Origin: the human T2T-CHM13v2.0 reference genome, Homo sapiens
Reading direction: 5' to 3' (one strand)
DNA length: 64,000 bases
Assembly: GCF_009914755.1 (NCBI RefSeq)
Contig: NC_060947.1
Each line of letters starts with the position of its first letter. Position 1 is the first letter of the stretch. Positions 1 through 16,614 of this stretch are shown here, piece by piece. Under the pieces are notes generated by a model. That model saw only the letters and a program-made list of their open reading frames with translations. It had not been told where the DNA came from and ran no database searches. The translations under genes and the position numbers were made by a program.

Positions 1-98
1 GTTGACCAGGCTGGTCTCAAATTCCTGACCTCAGGTCATCCACCTGCCTCGGCCTCCCAAAGTGCTAGGATTACAGGCATGAGCCACTGTGCCTGGCC
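1..98 (-). mobile_element. Alu (AluS-like) left arm, cut by window edge
   Basis: Reverse-complement Alu 5' end ...cctcccaaagtgctaggattacaggcatgagccactgtgcctggcc. Confidence 0.95.
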
Positions 99-156
99 AA
101 CACTTTTTAAATGAATGGAAAAATAGAAAATCTCAACAAAGAAATGGAACATGTAA

Positions 157-914
157 ATTATCGGGGAAATGCAAATGAAAACCACAGTGAGACACCACCT
201 TACTGCTGCAAGGATGGCCATAATTTAAAAGTCAGAAAATAAATAGATGTTGGCATGGATGTGGTGAAAAGGGAGCACTCTTACACTGCTGGTGGGAATG
301 TAAACTAGTATAACCTCTGTGGAAAACAGTATGGAGATTCCTTAAAGAACTAAAAGTATAATACCATTTGAACCAGCAATCCCACTGCTGGGTATCTACC
401 CAGAGGAAAAGAAGTCATTATATGGAAGACACATGCACATGCTTGTTTATAGCAGCATAATTTGCAATTGCAAAAATATGAAACCAACATAAATGCCCAT
501 GAGCTAACGAGTAGATAAAGAAAATGTGGTATATATACACCATGGAATACTACTCAGCCATCAAACGAAATGAAATAGTGGCCTTTGTAGCAACTTGGAT
601 GGGGCTGGAGGCCATTATTCTAAGTGAAGTAACTCAGGAATGGAAAATCAAGTATCGTATGTTCTCACTTATAAGTGGGTATGTTCCCACTTATAAGGGG
701 GAGCTAAGCTATGAGGATGCAAAGGCATAAGAATGATATAATGAACTTTGGGGACTTGGGGGGAAGGATGGAGGGGGTGAGGAATAAAAGACTATACATT
801 GGGTACAGTATACAATGCTTAGGTGGTGGGTGCATCAAAATCTCAGAAATCACCACTAAAGAACTTATCCATGTAACCAAAAACCACCTGTACCCCCAAA
901 AACTATTGAAATAA
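157..914 (+). mobile_element. 5'-truncated L1PB/L1MA-type 3' end nested in the older L1M
   Basis: Typical ORF2 end and 3' UTR (ggaaatgcaaat...aaaccacctgtacccccaaaactattgaaataa); flanked by a diverged 19-bp TSD at 138-156 and 982-1000. Confidence 0.85.
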
Positions 915-1140
915 TTTTTTTTTAACTCACAGAGTGGTTGGAAACCCTCATAATGGTCTCCACCCTCCTGGGGGAAAAAAAAAAGAAATAGAAGATGTAA
1001 GGAAGAGTCAAATGGATATATCAGAAGCAAAAAATATAATTACCAAAGCAAAAAACTTAGTGGGCTCAATCATAGAATGGAGACGACAGGAGAAAGAGTA
1101 AATGAGCTTGAAGATAGATCAATAGAAATTATCCAGTGTA

Positions 1141-1438
1141 GACGAGGCATGGTGCCTCATACCTGTAAATCCCAACACTTTGGGAGGCCGAGCCGGACAG
1201 TTCACTTGAGGCCAGGAGTTCAAGACCAGCCTGGCCAACATGGTGAAACCCCATCTGTACTAGAAATTTTTTTAAAAATTAGCTGGGCGTGGCGGTACTT
1301 GCCTGTAACCCAGCTACTCAGGAGGCTGAGACACGAGAATCATTTAAACCCAGGAGTCGGCGGTTGCAGTGAGCCAAGATCATGCCATTGCATTCCAGCC
1401 TGCGCGACAGAGCAAGACTCTGTCTTAAAGAGAATAAA
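1141..1438 (+). mobile_element. Alu (AluS-like), full length
   Basis: Dimeric Alu; TSD agaaattatccagt(g/a)ta at 1124-1140 and 1439-1455. Confidence 0.95.
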
Positions 1439-2449
1439 AGAAATTATCCAGTATACAGAAGACAGGAAAAGACTGGGAGGGGGAAAAAGGAGCCTTGGGG
1501 ACCTGCGGAACAATAACAGAAAAATCTGACAGTCATGTCATTGGAATAACAAGGAAAGAAGGACCATAGGGCCAAAAAATTATTTGAAGAAATAATATTT
1601 GAAACGTCCTGAGTTGGGCAGAAGACATGAATTTACAGATTTAAAAAGCTCAGAACCCCAAACAGGATAAAATAAATTTATTCCCAGGTAAAGCATAATA
1701 AAATTATTTAAAACAAAAAATTCTGAAAGCCAGGGAAAAATGACGTATATAAGAAAAAAAGATTTAACTGATGATATATTTCTCATCAGAAACCCTGGAG
1801 CCAGAGGAAGTGGAACATTTTGGAAGTGTTTAAACAATTATCAGTACAAATTTCTATGTCCAGCAAAAAATACTCTTCAGGAGTAAAAGTGAAAGAAAGA
1901 CATTCTCAGATGAGTAGGATAATTCATTGCCAGCCGACCAGCTCTGAGAATTGCTAAAGGAAGTTATTCAGAGAGAGGGGAAATGAATGCTGGAGGAAAC
2001 TTGGAACATCATGGATGATGGAAGAGCAACAAAAATGGGAAGTATAATAGACTATTTTTCTCCTCTTGAGTTTGCTGAAATATGTTTTGCAGGTGAAAAC
2101 AAAAATCATAGCATTGTCTGATGAGGTTTTCAACGTACATAGACATAGAGACAACTACAGCATAAAGAGAGAAATGGGGTCTATATGTGTTTTTGCATTC
2201 CACTTGAAGTGGTAAAATTTTAATTCTAAGTGTGTACATTGACATTCTGAAGTATAGACTATATAAAGAGATGTCAAAATCCAATAATAGCTAAATTATA
2301 ATAAAATTTGCAATGTTCAAATAACCAAGAAGAGGGCAGGAAATGGGAAAGAGGAAGGAATAATCAGAAAATAAATAATAAAATGGTAGCCCCAAAATGA
2401 TTTTTTTTTAATGATGCAACTCTAAGCTGCCTTCAAGAAACTCACTTTA

Positions 2450-4769
<2,320 letters not shown>

Positions 4770-6886
4770 TTAAAAGTAGAAAATGGCAAAAGACATACCA
4801 TGCAAACACTAATCAAAAGGAAGTTAGAGTGGATATATTAGTAACAGAAAATTAGACTTCAGGTTAAAGAAAATGATTAGAGCTAAAGAGGAATACTACA
4901 TAATGACAAAAGAGCTAAGTCACCAAGAATAACAAATAATTCTAATTGTATATGCACCTAACAACGGAGGTTCAGAATACCTGAAGCAAAAATTGGCAGA
5001 AAGGAAAGGAAAAATAGATAATCCACAATTATACTTCGCAAGCGTGACACTACTCTCTCAACATTTGATAGAAATGCTGGACATAAAATCAGGGATATAG
5101 AAGAACTGACAATCTGATTAATATTTATAAAACATGCTCTCCAACAATAACACCATCCACATTCTTTTCAAGTGTACATGGAACATTCAACAAGATAGAC
5201 CATATTCTGGGTCATAAAACCTTAATGAATTTTAAAAAATTGAAATCACACAAATTATATTCTTGAACCATAATGGAATTAAATTTTAGAAATCAATAAA
5301 AGAGTGATAACAGGAAAATCTTCAAGTACTTGGAAATTAAACAGCACACTTCTCAATAAGTTATGGGTCAAAGAAGAGGTATTAAGGAAGATTGGAAAGT
5401 ATTTTGAACTGGGTGAAAATGAAAATATCAGACAGTGAAAAACACAATATATACTGTGATGTGTACTGTAATACAAAGTAGGTCAATTACCGATGCTCAT
5501 TTATTCATCATGAACACACAAAATCAGTAAAATACTCAAATAACAAGTTTTAAGGTATTGGTATATTCACCCAGTTGATAAAAATCAGCCAGTTAATTTG
5601 ACAGATAAGTATTAAATAATCAGGCTGTTAGAATCAGGTGAGTAAAGGAGAAAGTAAAAACCTGAACAAAGTAGGATGATGCAGGTAAAGCAATGCTTAG
5701 AGGAAAATTGATAGTATTAAATGTTTATATGAGGAGAAAAGAAAGATCTCAAGTAAATACCCTGAGTTTGCACCTTAAAAAATAGAAAAAGAAGAGTAAA
5801 AGCCAAAGCAAGCAGAGGGGAGGAAATGGTAAAGATGAGACCAGAAAGCAATGAAATTGAACACAGGAAAATAGAGAAAATCAATGAAACTAAAATCTGT
5901 ATTTGGAAAGATCAATAAAATTGATAAGCCTCTAGCAAGGCTGACAAAGATAAGAAGAGAGAAGATACAAATCAGCAATATCCAGAATTCTAGACCCCCA
6001 TGGACTTCTTTTAAAAATAATAAGGGAATACTCCACATATTTGACAATTTAAACATAATGGATCAATTCCTTGAAAACCATAAACCCTAAAACTCATCCA
6101 AGATGGAACAGATAACCTCAGTAGTCCAATATTATGTCTATGAAAGAAATTGTATTTATAGTTAAGAAGAAAGCAAAAGAGAATAACATTGGAGGAATCA
6201 ATACATAGCTTTAATACTTACTACAAAGCTACAGTAATCAAGACAGTGTGGAACTGGCAAAATAATAGACACGTAGACCAATGGAAGAGAATAGACTCAC
6301 AAGTGTGGCCATTTTATTTTTAGCAAACATGCAAAAGCAATTTAATGGAGAAGGGGTAGTCCTTTCAACAAGTGATGATGGAAAAAGTGGATATCCATAT
6401 GCAGAGAAAAATGAACCTTGACCTAAAGCTCATACCTTATACAAAAATTAACTCCAAATATATCGTAGGTGTAAATGTAAAACTATAAAACTTTAAAGAA
6501 GTAATGCATAAGAGAAAATCTTCATGACCTAGGGTTAGGCAAAGTGTTCTTAGACATGAAACTAAAATTGTGATCCATAAAAGAAAAATGTTGATCACCT
6601 GGACTTCATCAAAATTAAAAACCTTTGATCTGCAAAAGACACTGTTAAGGCAATGACTGCCACAGACTGGGAGAAAATGTTTTCAAATTACATATCTAAC
6701 AAAGGTCCTGTATCCAGTATATATAAAGAACTCTCAAAACTCAACAGTAAAACAAGCAATCCAATTTAAAAAAAAACAAAAGACTTGAATAGATTCTTCA
6801 CCATAGGAAATATAAGGATGACAAACATGTGAAAAGATGTTTAACATCACTAGCATCAGGGAGATGCAGATTAAAACCTTGACAAA

Positions 6887-7025
6887 GGCTGGGTACAGTG
6901 GCTCACACCTGTAACCCCAACACTTTAGGAGGTTGAGGCTGCAGTGAGCAGTGACTGTGCCACTGCACTCTAGCCTGGGTGACAGAGTAAGACCCTGCCT
7001 CAAAAATTAAAAAATAAATAAAAAT
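6887..7025 (+). mobile_element. Monomeric Alu (FRAM-like or internally deleted AluJ)
   Basis: Alu 5' start fused directly to a right-arm 3' part (ttaggaggttgaggctgcagtgagc), followed by an A tail. Confidence 0.85.
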
Positions 7026-7618
7026 AAAACTGTGAAAAAGATACGGCTCCACACCTATTAGAATGGCTAAAATACAAAATACTGACAATACCAAAAGCTG
7101 GCGCAGATGCAAAACAACAGGAGCCCTCATATGTTGCTGGTGGGAATGTAAAGTGGTATCACAACCCCAGAAAAGGTTGACACTTGCTTATAAAGAGTAA
7201 TATACACTTAACATATGATCCAGCAGTCCTGTTCCTGTGTATTTACCCTAAAGAAGTACAAATTTATGTTCATACAAATACCTGAATTCATATATGAATG
7301 TTTATAGTAGCTGAATTCATAATAGCCTAAAACTGGAAACAACTGTAAAGAAACTGTAGTACTTTCCTACCATGGAATATTGCTCAGCAATATAAAGGAA
7401 GGTACTACTGATACACCCAACATCTTGGATGAATAGCAGAGGCATTATGCTGAGTGGATAAGCCAAGACTCAAGGGTACATTCTGTATGATTCCATTTCT
7501 TGAAAATAAACTATAATGATGTAGAGAACAGAAGAGTGGTTGTCATGGGTTAGAGAATGGTGTGAATACAAAGGGGCAGCATGAAGGGGTGTTTGAAGCA
7601 TGGTGGGACTATTCTTCA

Positions 7619-8284
<666 letters not shown>

Positions 8285-8306
8285 AAAAGTCATGGCATGA
8301 CTTTTT

Positions 8307-8421
8307 AGCCAGGCACACTAGCATGTGCCTTTAATCTCAGCTCCTCGTGAGGCTGAGGCGGGAGGATCGCTTGAGACCAGCCTGGGCAACATAGTGAGAC
8401 CCTGTCTCAAAAAAATTTTAA
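8307..8421 (+). mobile_element. FLAM-like Alu monomer
   Basis: gaggctgaggcgggaggatcgcttgagaccagcctgggcaacatagtgagaccctgtctcaaaa. Confidence 0.85.
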
Positions 8422-10502
8422 AAAAATCGTGGAACTGTACCCCACCAGTCAGTTTTACTATGCAATAATTTTTAAAGTAAGATTTTTTTTAATAGAATTT
8501 CTGTGGCCTGATAAGATATAATTCTGCTTTAAGAACTTCTGTGAATGTCCAACATTGAGATCATCACAAGGTAATTCCCAAAACTGCCACACTGAAGACA
8601 AGGCACACCTAAATAAATGTCACTGGGAGCCCCTGCTAAACTTTTTGGCCAGGAATCCATACCAAGGAACAAGTATCCAACTATGACAAAGGAACAAAAC
8701 ATTCATATTCTCTTTGCTAAAGCACATTTGTGAAAGTAAAACATCTCCCCCCACCCCCGCAAAAAAAAAAAAAGGAAAGTCATTCCTAAAAATTGATAGA
8801 ATAGATTTGGACATCAGAGTGTCAGGCCACTCATGCAAGTTCTAGCCCTTCAAATAAGAATGTAAAGCCGTAATAACATGACAGCATTTTGAATAGGAAA
8901 ATCTGGATTTGTGAAGCAGTGTGTGTTTTTGACAACAGTAGTTCCGCATTCTTTTATGCAACATAAACATCGATTTGTTTAAAGTTACCATTCTTTTATT
9001 TATCCAGCGGGAGCATAGATAGCATCATAGGGAAAAAGAGACTCTATCCTGATTTGTTTTCTCTTTATTTCACTACAGCCAGCATTCTGGAACCCCTTTC
9101 AAACATCCCTTCCTGTGGGTTAAGGGAGATTATTTAAAAACAAACAGACCACACAAAAAAACAGCACAGTTTCTAAATTTTTGTAATAATAATTGAAAAT
9201 GTAAATTAGTTTCAATCAAGTTCCTTTTGTTCTCCTGGTTTAAAATTACTGGTTAAGGTTATTTTGCATTCACAAATGTTAAACAGTATATCTGAGCAAG
9301 GTGAAATAGATTACAGAGGAGTCATATTGGCGGGTGGGACCTCCTTACAGGCCTGCAGATGACTGAAGGCTCATACTGCCTCCAGTGGCTTCTGCTTAAG
9401 CCCCACCCACCTATTACAATTCTGAAGGGGAACAGTATTCCAATAAAGATATTTTCTTTCCTATTATTTTATTTTTTAATGGCTGTGATTGTATACCATT
9501 TCATATTAGGCTTAGCAAATTCACATACTCATCTTCACTTGATGATCTACCAATTTGCTCTTTTCATTTCTTCACAAAATTAACTGGCCTGTGTTGAAGA
9601 GCATAAATCTCTAGTTCCTAAATTCTTGATACACTTTGTGGAATTTTTTTACTAGCATTAAAAAGTGTTTGAAGCTGCATTCTGTGGATGAGGCCCCAGG
9701 CTCTATCCAAAGATATCCCTGGAGTATTTCTCTTTTTATTTGTTTTATATATGAAGTTGCTCTATAAAAGTTTATCTAAAAGAAAAGGGGTTCCATTACC
9801 AAGAAAATATTGTGAACGCCACTCACCTGGACAAATGAAATTCACAGATAATGAGAACTTGAGTTTTTAACCAGTCATCCCCATTTCCCATCCCTCTAAA
9901 CTTTAAGTGTTGCTAACAGCAAAATTTGACTGATTTCATGCTTTATTTGTCAACATTGGAATAGTGTTTATTGAATACCTTCTATATGCCAGTACCATAT
10001 TTCAGGGGGGTGCATTACTTTATCTTACTTTGCCTTTGGAAAAACTGCTGAGAAGTGAAGTGGCTAAGGCAGAAAAGGGGAAGAATGAGGACATGGATTA
10101 TCTGTCTCAGAGTAATTGAGTGCCACGGTGTGTACTGACTAATGTGCCAGACCTTCAAATGAGATAAATGGGCGGTAAAAAGTGATTTCAGAGAAACAGA
10201 CCTGCTAGAGCTCAGATTGAGGCACTTCTGTTATAGTCATAGAAGATTACAGAACAATTAGAGCCAAGAGGATTGCAGAAGAAACAAAACACTTTCATGT
10301 TAACACAGCCTGCCAAGGAATCAGATAAGATATTGGCATAACATAGGCTTGGGAATTGAAGAATTCCTATGTTGTTGATCCTTGAACCTTCTGTTCAAAT
10401 CCCAGATAGAGGGCAATAGATAGGTAAGACAGAAAATTTACAGTGGAATGGCATCTAAATATGTTGAGGCTAGAATGAAGCCTATTACAAGAACCTGAGA
10501 AC

Positions 10503-10880
<378 letters not shown>

Positions 10881-11240
10881 TGAGACCTAGACTGGGGAGA
10901 TGTATAGCGTGGGAAGGATTTTTGTTTTGTTTTTCTGATTTTTCCAAACAATTTTTTTGAGTTGCAAAAGCTTAAGATAAAAGTTACAGGAATTGAGTGT
11001 TTCCTTTCTTTAGGTGAAAGTAGTTGAGAGAGAACACATTTATGGCTATGCATTTTATTCCAAGGAAAATCCATTAGCCAATTTGTTTTTTGTATTTTTT
11101 AAATACTTCTTTGTAGAATAGTTTCGTTTTCTATCGCATGTAGAAAGCAGCCTAGGTAAGCTTTCAGTGGGAAAGACCAGATCTTGTATACAAGCAAATC
11201 TAGTTTCTAATTAAACAAGTTTCTAACACTTTAATGTCTA

Positions 11241-11586
<346 letters not shown>

Positions 11587-12084
11587 TTATTGTCCTGGCA
11601 AATTGGAAGAATTTAGACAAGGAATTAGTGAATTACACATGCATGTGTGTTAATACCCTTTCTTTTATTACTTTTTCTTTGGTTTTTGAAATTTAATTTG
11701 CTGACATTTGAAAATATACCTACAATTACTTGTTACTGAATAACTACTTATTCAAAATATCATGGAGGAAAATCACAAGACCTCTACCGTGATTCAGTAA
11801 CTAAATTATGTTAATAGCTACCTGAAATTTCCTAAAGAAAGTCCAAACCAATGGACTCCACTAAATGATCTCTTAGAGAATTACTGCTTATCTCTCATTA
11901 TGATGGCTGGTTAGGATAGAGAGTCTGTGTCCTCAGAGCCTAGCAGCCATGTTTAGGGGTGGGCTGTATGAATATATTTCATTGACTGAGCTGGCTAGAA
12001 CAGGATAATGGCCAAATGTAGTCTGACCAGTAGAAATGAACATTGACAAGAATTAAGTCTTAATGAAATAGGAGGATATAGTTA

Positions 12085-12285
12085 ATGTGAATTGAGGGCT
12101 TACCATGTGCCAGACAGTAGACTTTTGCCAAACACTTTATATGCATTGTCTTATTTAATCTTTACGACATTCTGATGGGTATTTTACAGCTGGGTAAACC
12201 AAGGCTTCGAGAGGTTAAGTGACTTGGTAGAACCAGAATTTGAAGCAGTCTGTCCGACTCTGGAAGCCACACAATTAACTACTAT
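12085..12285 (-). mobile_element. MIR
   Basis: ttaccatgtgccag...ttttacagctgggtaaaccaaggct...gaggttaagtgactt core. Confidence 0.75.
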
Positions 12286-12714
12286 TTTATATCTATTATC
12301 ATTATACCTGTTATCATTAATGTGAGACCAAATGATACCAAAAAGCAAAGTTTGAGGATGGTGAGCAAAGACCTCTCCAAAATCTACCTCTACACTTTCT
12401 GCTGAAGGATAGCTGATACACACCCCACCCATCACCACCAAAAAAAAAAAAAAAGCACACCATTTCTCGAATATTCCTAAGCATCATTTTTGAAAATTTC
12501 ATTGTTATGTATATGAATCTATGCTGTTCTCTGAAACTATTAGTCACTAAAACTACATTCATAGATATAATTTGTTTCATAGTAGCTTATAAGGGATATA
12601 ACCTCATTATAGACTGACAAACACTCTAGAACAAAGCAGAGACAGTAGAGATACATTAAAGGTTTGTTGTAGCCAAATTTAACCCCCCAAAAAAGATTTA
12701 AAGCAAACATATAC

Positions 12715-13381
12715 CAGCTACTATGTTTCAGGCACTGTTCTAAGCATTTTTTCTATTTAAACTCATTTAATATGCATCATAATCCTATGAGGTACTGTTG
12801 TTATTCCTGCTTTACAGATGAGGAAACATGGTTAGATGCTGTCTTTATTTACTTCACATTACTATTAATATGAAAGAATACCTGAGTCTGGGTGATTTAT
12901 TAAAAAAAGAGGTTTATTTGACTTGTGATTCTGATGTCTGGAGAACTTCAAGACAAGATTGGACATTTGTATCAGATGAGGGCCTCGGGCTGCTTCCTCT
13001 CATGGGGGAAGATGAAGGAGAGCTGGCTGTGTAGAGATCGCATGGTGAGAGAAGAAGTGAGAGACAGAGGAGGGGAGGTGTGAGGCTCTTTTTAACAACC
13101 AGCTCTAAAGGGAATTAATAGAGTAAGAACTCACTTAGCCACTCCTTCCCTTAGGGAGGGCAGTAATCTGTTCATGAGAGATCTACTGCCGTGATCAAAA
13201 CACCTCCCATTAGGTCCTTCCTCCAACATTGGGGATCACATTTCAACATGAGATTTGGAGGAGACAAACATCCAAATTATAGCAGATATCTTGCCCAAGA
13301 CCACCCATTTAATTAAGAAGTAGAGCCAGGATTTGAACCCAGTCTGGTTCCACAGTGTGTGCTCTTAACCACCACACTATA
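12715..13381 (-). mobile_element. MIR split by an MST LTR
   Basis: tttacagatgaggaaac before the LTR; cttgcccaag...ggatttgaacccag...ctcttaaccac after it. Confidence 0.8.
12840..13284 (-). mobile_element. MaLR solo LTR (MSTB-like)
   Basis: TG...CA termini; aaagaatacctgag.ctgggt.attta, cacctcccattagg, tttcaacatgagatttggagg motifs. Confidence 0.85.
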
Positions 13382-13861
13382 CTTGTCTCATTTCGTATTT
13401 TTACATGTAGTAGTTTAAAATACCTTGGCTTTACTTAGCTCCTTTCTTCTAAAGAACGTATTCTTCTAGCCTCCTGATTCTCTCTATGCCAGATTAAGTT
13501 CTTGCAAGTGTCTCTTTATCTCGGGAAACTTCCCAAAGACAAATATTCATAGCTAATAAATAGTTATAATACTCACTGCCATTTACTTAGCACTAATTTT
13601 ATGCCAGATACCGTACTGTTTCCTATACATTATCTCATTCAGTCTTCGTAACAGTGCCTTGAGGTCATGTTCCCCCCCACCACCACCATTTACAAATGAA
13701 AGGTTACCTGGCCTCTCTGAGCCTCAGTTTTTCCATTTGTAAAACTGAGAAAGCCTCTTGATGTTCTGTTAGGAATTTCTAAAGGCAAATGAACACGTAT
13801 TCAAGTATATACATAGACTGTGGAACATAAATTTTACTTCTAGGAACTCAAATTTTGACAT

Positions 13862-14411
<550 letters not shown>

Positions 14412-14794
14412 TAATCAAAGGTGCAATTTCTAAAGGTGCTTCTCAGAATGAAGAGCAAAAATTATAAAATTAAGTTGACACATTAGACGTTGGGTCCCTA
14501 GCACAACAATGGTACACATTGGAAAGCTTGTCTATTTGGCTTGGTCAGTTTCTCATTGCAGCCTTTGCCTCTAGCCCGCAGGCCCATGACCTTTTTTGTG
14601 GCCCTGTGCTTCAGCCACTTGGACCTATAGTGAACTATAACCTGAACGTGACATCATTGTAGCCTGTGTGAGGGAGGTACCAGGTGCATATGAATGGACC
14701 GTCTCTGGCACACAAAGCAAGTATGTCAGATTGAAAACTGGCCACAAAAGAACTGATTAACACAGAATGACATAGTTGAAAATGCATCAATAAA

Positions 14795-15010
14795 AAGTGG
14801 CATAATAAAAGGATCAAGGGGCTTGGACACTGAAAACCTGGCATCAAGTATTGGCTCTGCCACTTACTAGCTGCATGACCTAAGGCAAGCCCAGTAACCT
14901 CTTTGAGTCTCAGCTTTCTTATATGTAAAATGAGGATAATCAGAATAGGTAGCTCACATGTTGAGGATCAAATGGGAGAAACCATAATGCAAAGGAGAGT
15001 GCTCTGAAAA
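14795..15010 (+). mobile_element. MIR
   Basis: ggctctgccacttactagctgcatgacctaaggcaag...ctcagctttcttatatgtaaaatgaggataat. Confidence 0.8.
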
Positions 15011-15709
15011 CTAGAAAGTGTCAAATTGACATTAATCTATCATGCTGAACTTCATTAAGCCCCTCCTTTGGCATACTGTGATTTAATCCATATATAGCGT
15101 GCATATATGGACTTTATTTTATCTTGCTCAATCCTAGACCAGCATTTCATGCCAAGAAGTGAGATGATGTTTGGAAATAAAAATATGCCGCCTTCTCGAT
15201 TCTAGCTATGAATAATCATTCTAGTTTTGACTCTACCAGTTTTTCTAAGAGGTTTCAAACAAACCATAGCTACCCCATTTACTGACCAGATCTAGTATTA
15301 TAAACAGATGACTTCACCTTGATGAACTTTGTAAAATAAGGGAAATAATCCCAGTTTCCCCTGACCTCACAGAGTTATTCTGAGGATTGAATGCTTTGAA
15401 AAATATCACATACTATGCAAGTGCAAGGGTTGTGAATTTTTTTTATTGTTTAGCAGAGTAATTCATTTAGTTATTGAACAGGCATATTGATAAAAATATT
15501 GTCAGGAATAAAAAAATGAATATGACCATCAAAGACCTCTCAGTGTAGCATCGGAACTAAAACACACAAATAATTCTATTAGAAAATGAAAAGTGATACA
15601 TGCCATTAAAAATTATAGAAAGACAGTGGTTGACATGAAGAGAGGGGTATATAAATGGAAATATCCACATTTAACTGTGTCACAGTATTGGAGAAGATGT
15701 ACCCACACC

Positions 15710-15825
15710 ATACTGTAAGCTTCTGCAATCTTTCAGTATTTTTCTCTTGTCCCCTGATGTAGCCCTAGCAGCTAGAACAGTGCCTTCGCATGTAGTAGAT
15801 TCTCAGTATGTTAGATAAATGAATA
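15710..15825 (+). mobile_element. L2 3' end fragment
   Basis: ctagaacagtgccttcgcatgtagtagattctcagtatgttagataaatgaat. Confidence 0.65.
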
Positions 15826-16315
15826 GTTGTCTTTCTGATGAATACAGGTGGCTCATGCTATGAGAGTAGGCTGACTTTAACTTACCCTACGTTTCCATAT
15901 GAAGCAGAACTTCTTCAGAGGTGTCACCTAACCCAGAATGCACCTTAACATCCAGATCAAATTAAAAGGTTAAGTTTTCATCCTGATGTTACTCCAATGT
16001 ATTTATAGTAGCCATGTATATTTATTTTAGTCATTGTTGATATTTGTTTATCACAGCACCAAGGGACCAGTTATTAAGATATTTGAAAGCTGACCAAACA
16101 TTCCAGATGTCAGTTTTGCCTTTTGTGTGTGTGTGTGTGATGGGGGTGGAATGGGAAATAATAGAGAATTTTTATTTTAACAAGATAATGTGCCAGGGAA
16201 GAGGAACAAGTGGCTTTTTTTGGCCAATAAGAAGACAAAGTCATATTGCAGTTTTTCATCCAGCTTAGATCTGAAAAGAAATCCTAGAAATTACTGAATC
16301 GAAGAAAACCCCCCC

Positions 16316-16614
16316 TTTTTTTGAGACAGGATCTGTTTGTGTCACCCACATTGGAGTATAGTGGCGTGAACATAGCTCACTGCAGCCTCAAATTCCTGGA
16401 CTCAAGGAGGTCCTCCTGCCTCAGCCTCCCAAGTAGCTGGGACTACAGACATGCGCTATCATACCCAACTAGTTTATTTTTTTTTTTTGTAGAGATAGGG
16501 TCTTGCTATGTAACCCAGGCTGGTCCCAAACTCTTGGCCTCAAGTGACCTCTCCCCCGCCCACCTTGGCCTCCCAAAGCACTACAATTACAGGCTTGAGC
16601 CACTGTTCCTGGCC
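16316..16614 (-). mobile_element. AluJ
   Basis: Diverged dimer with J-type catagctcactgcagcctcaaattcctggactcaag. Confidence 0.93.
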
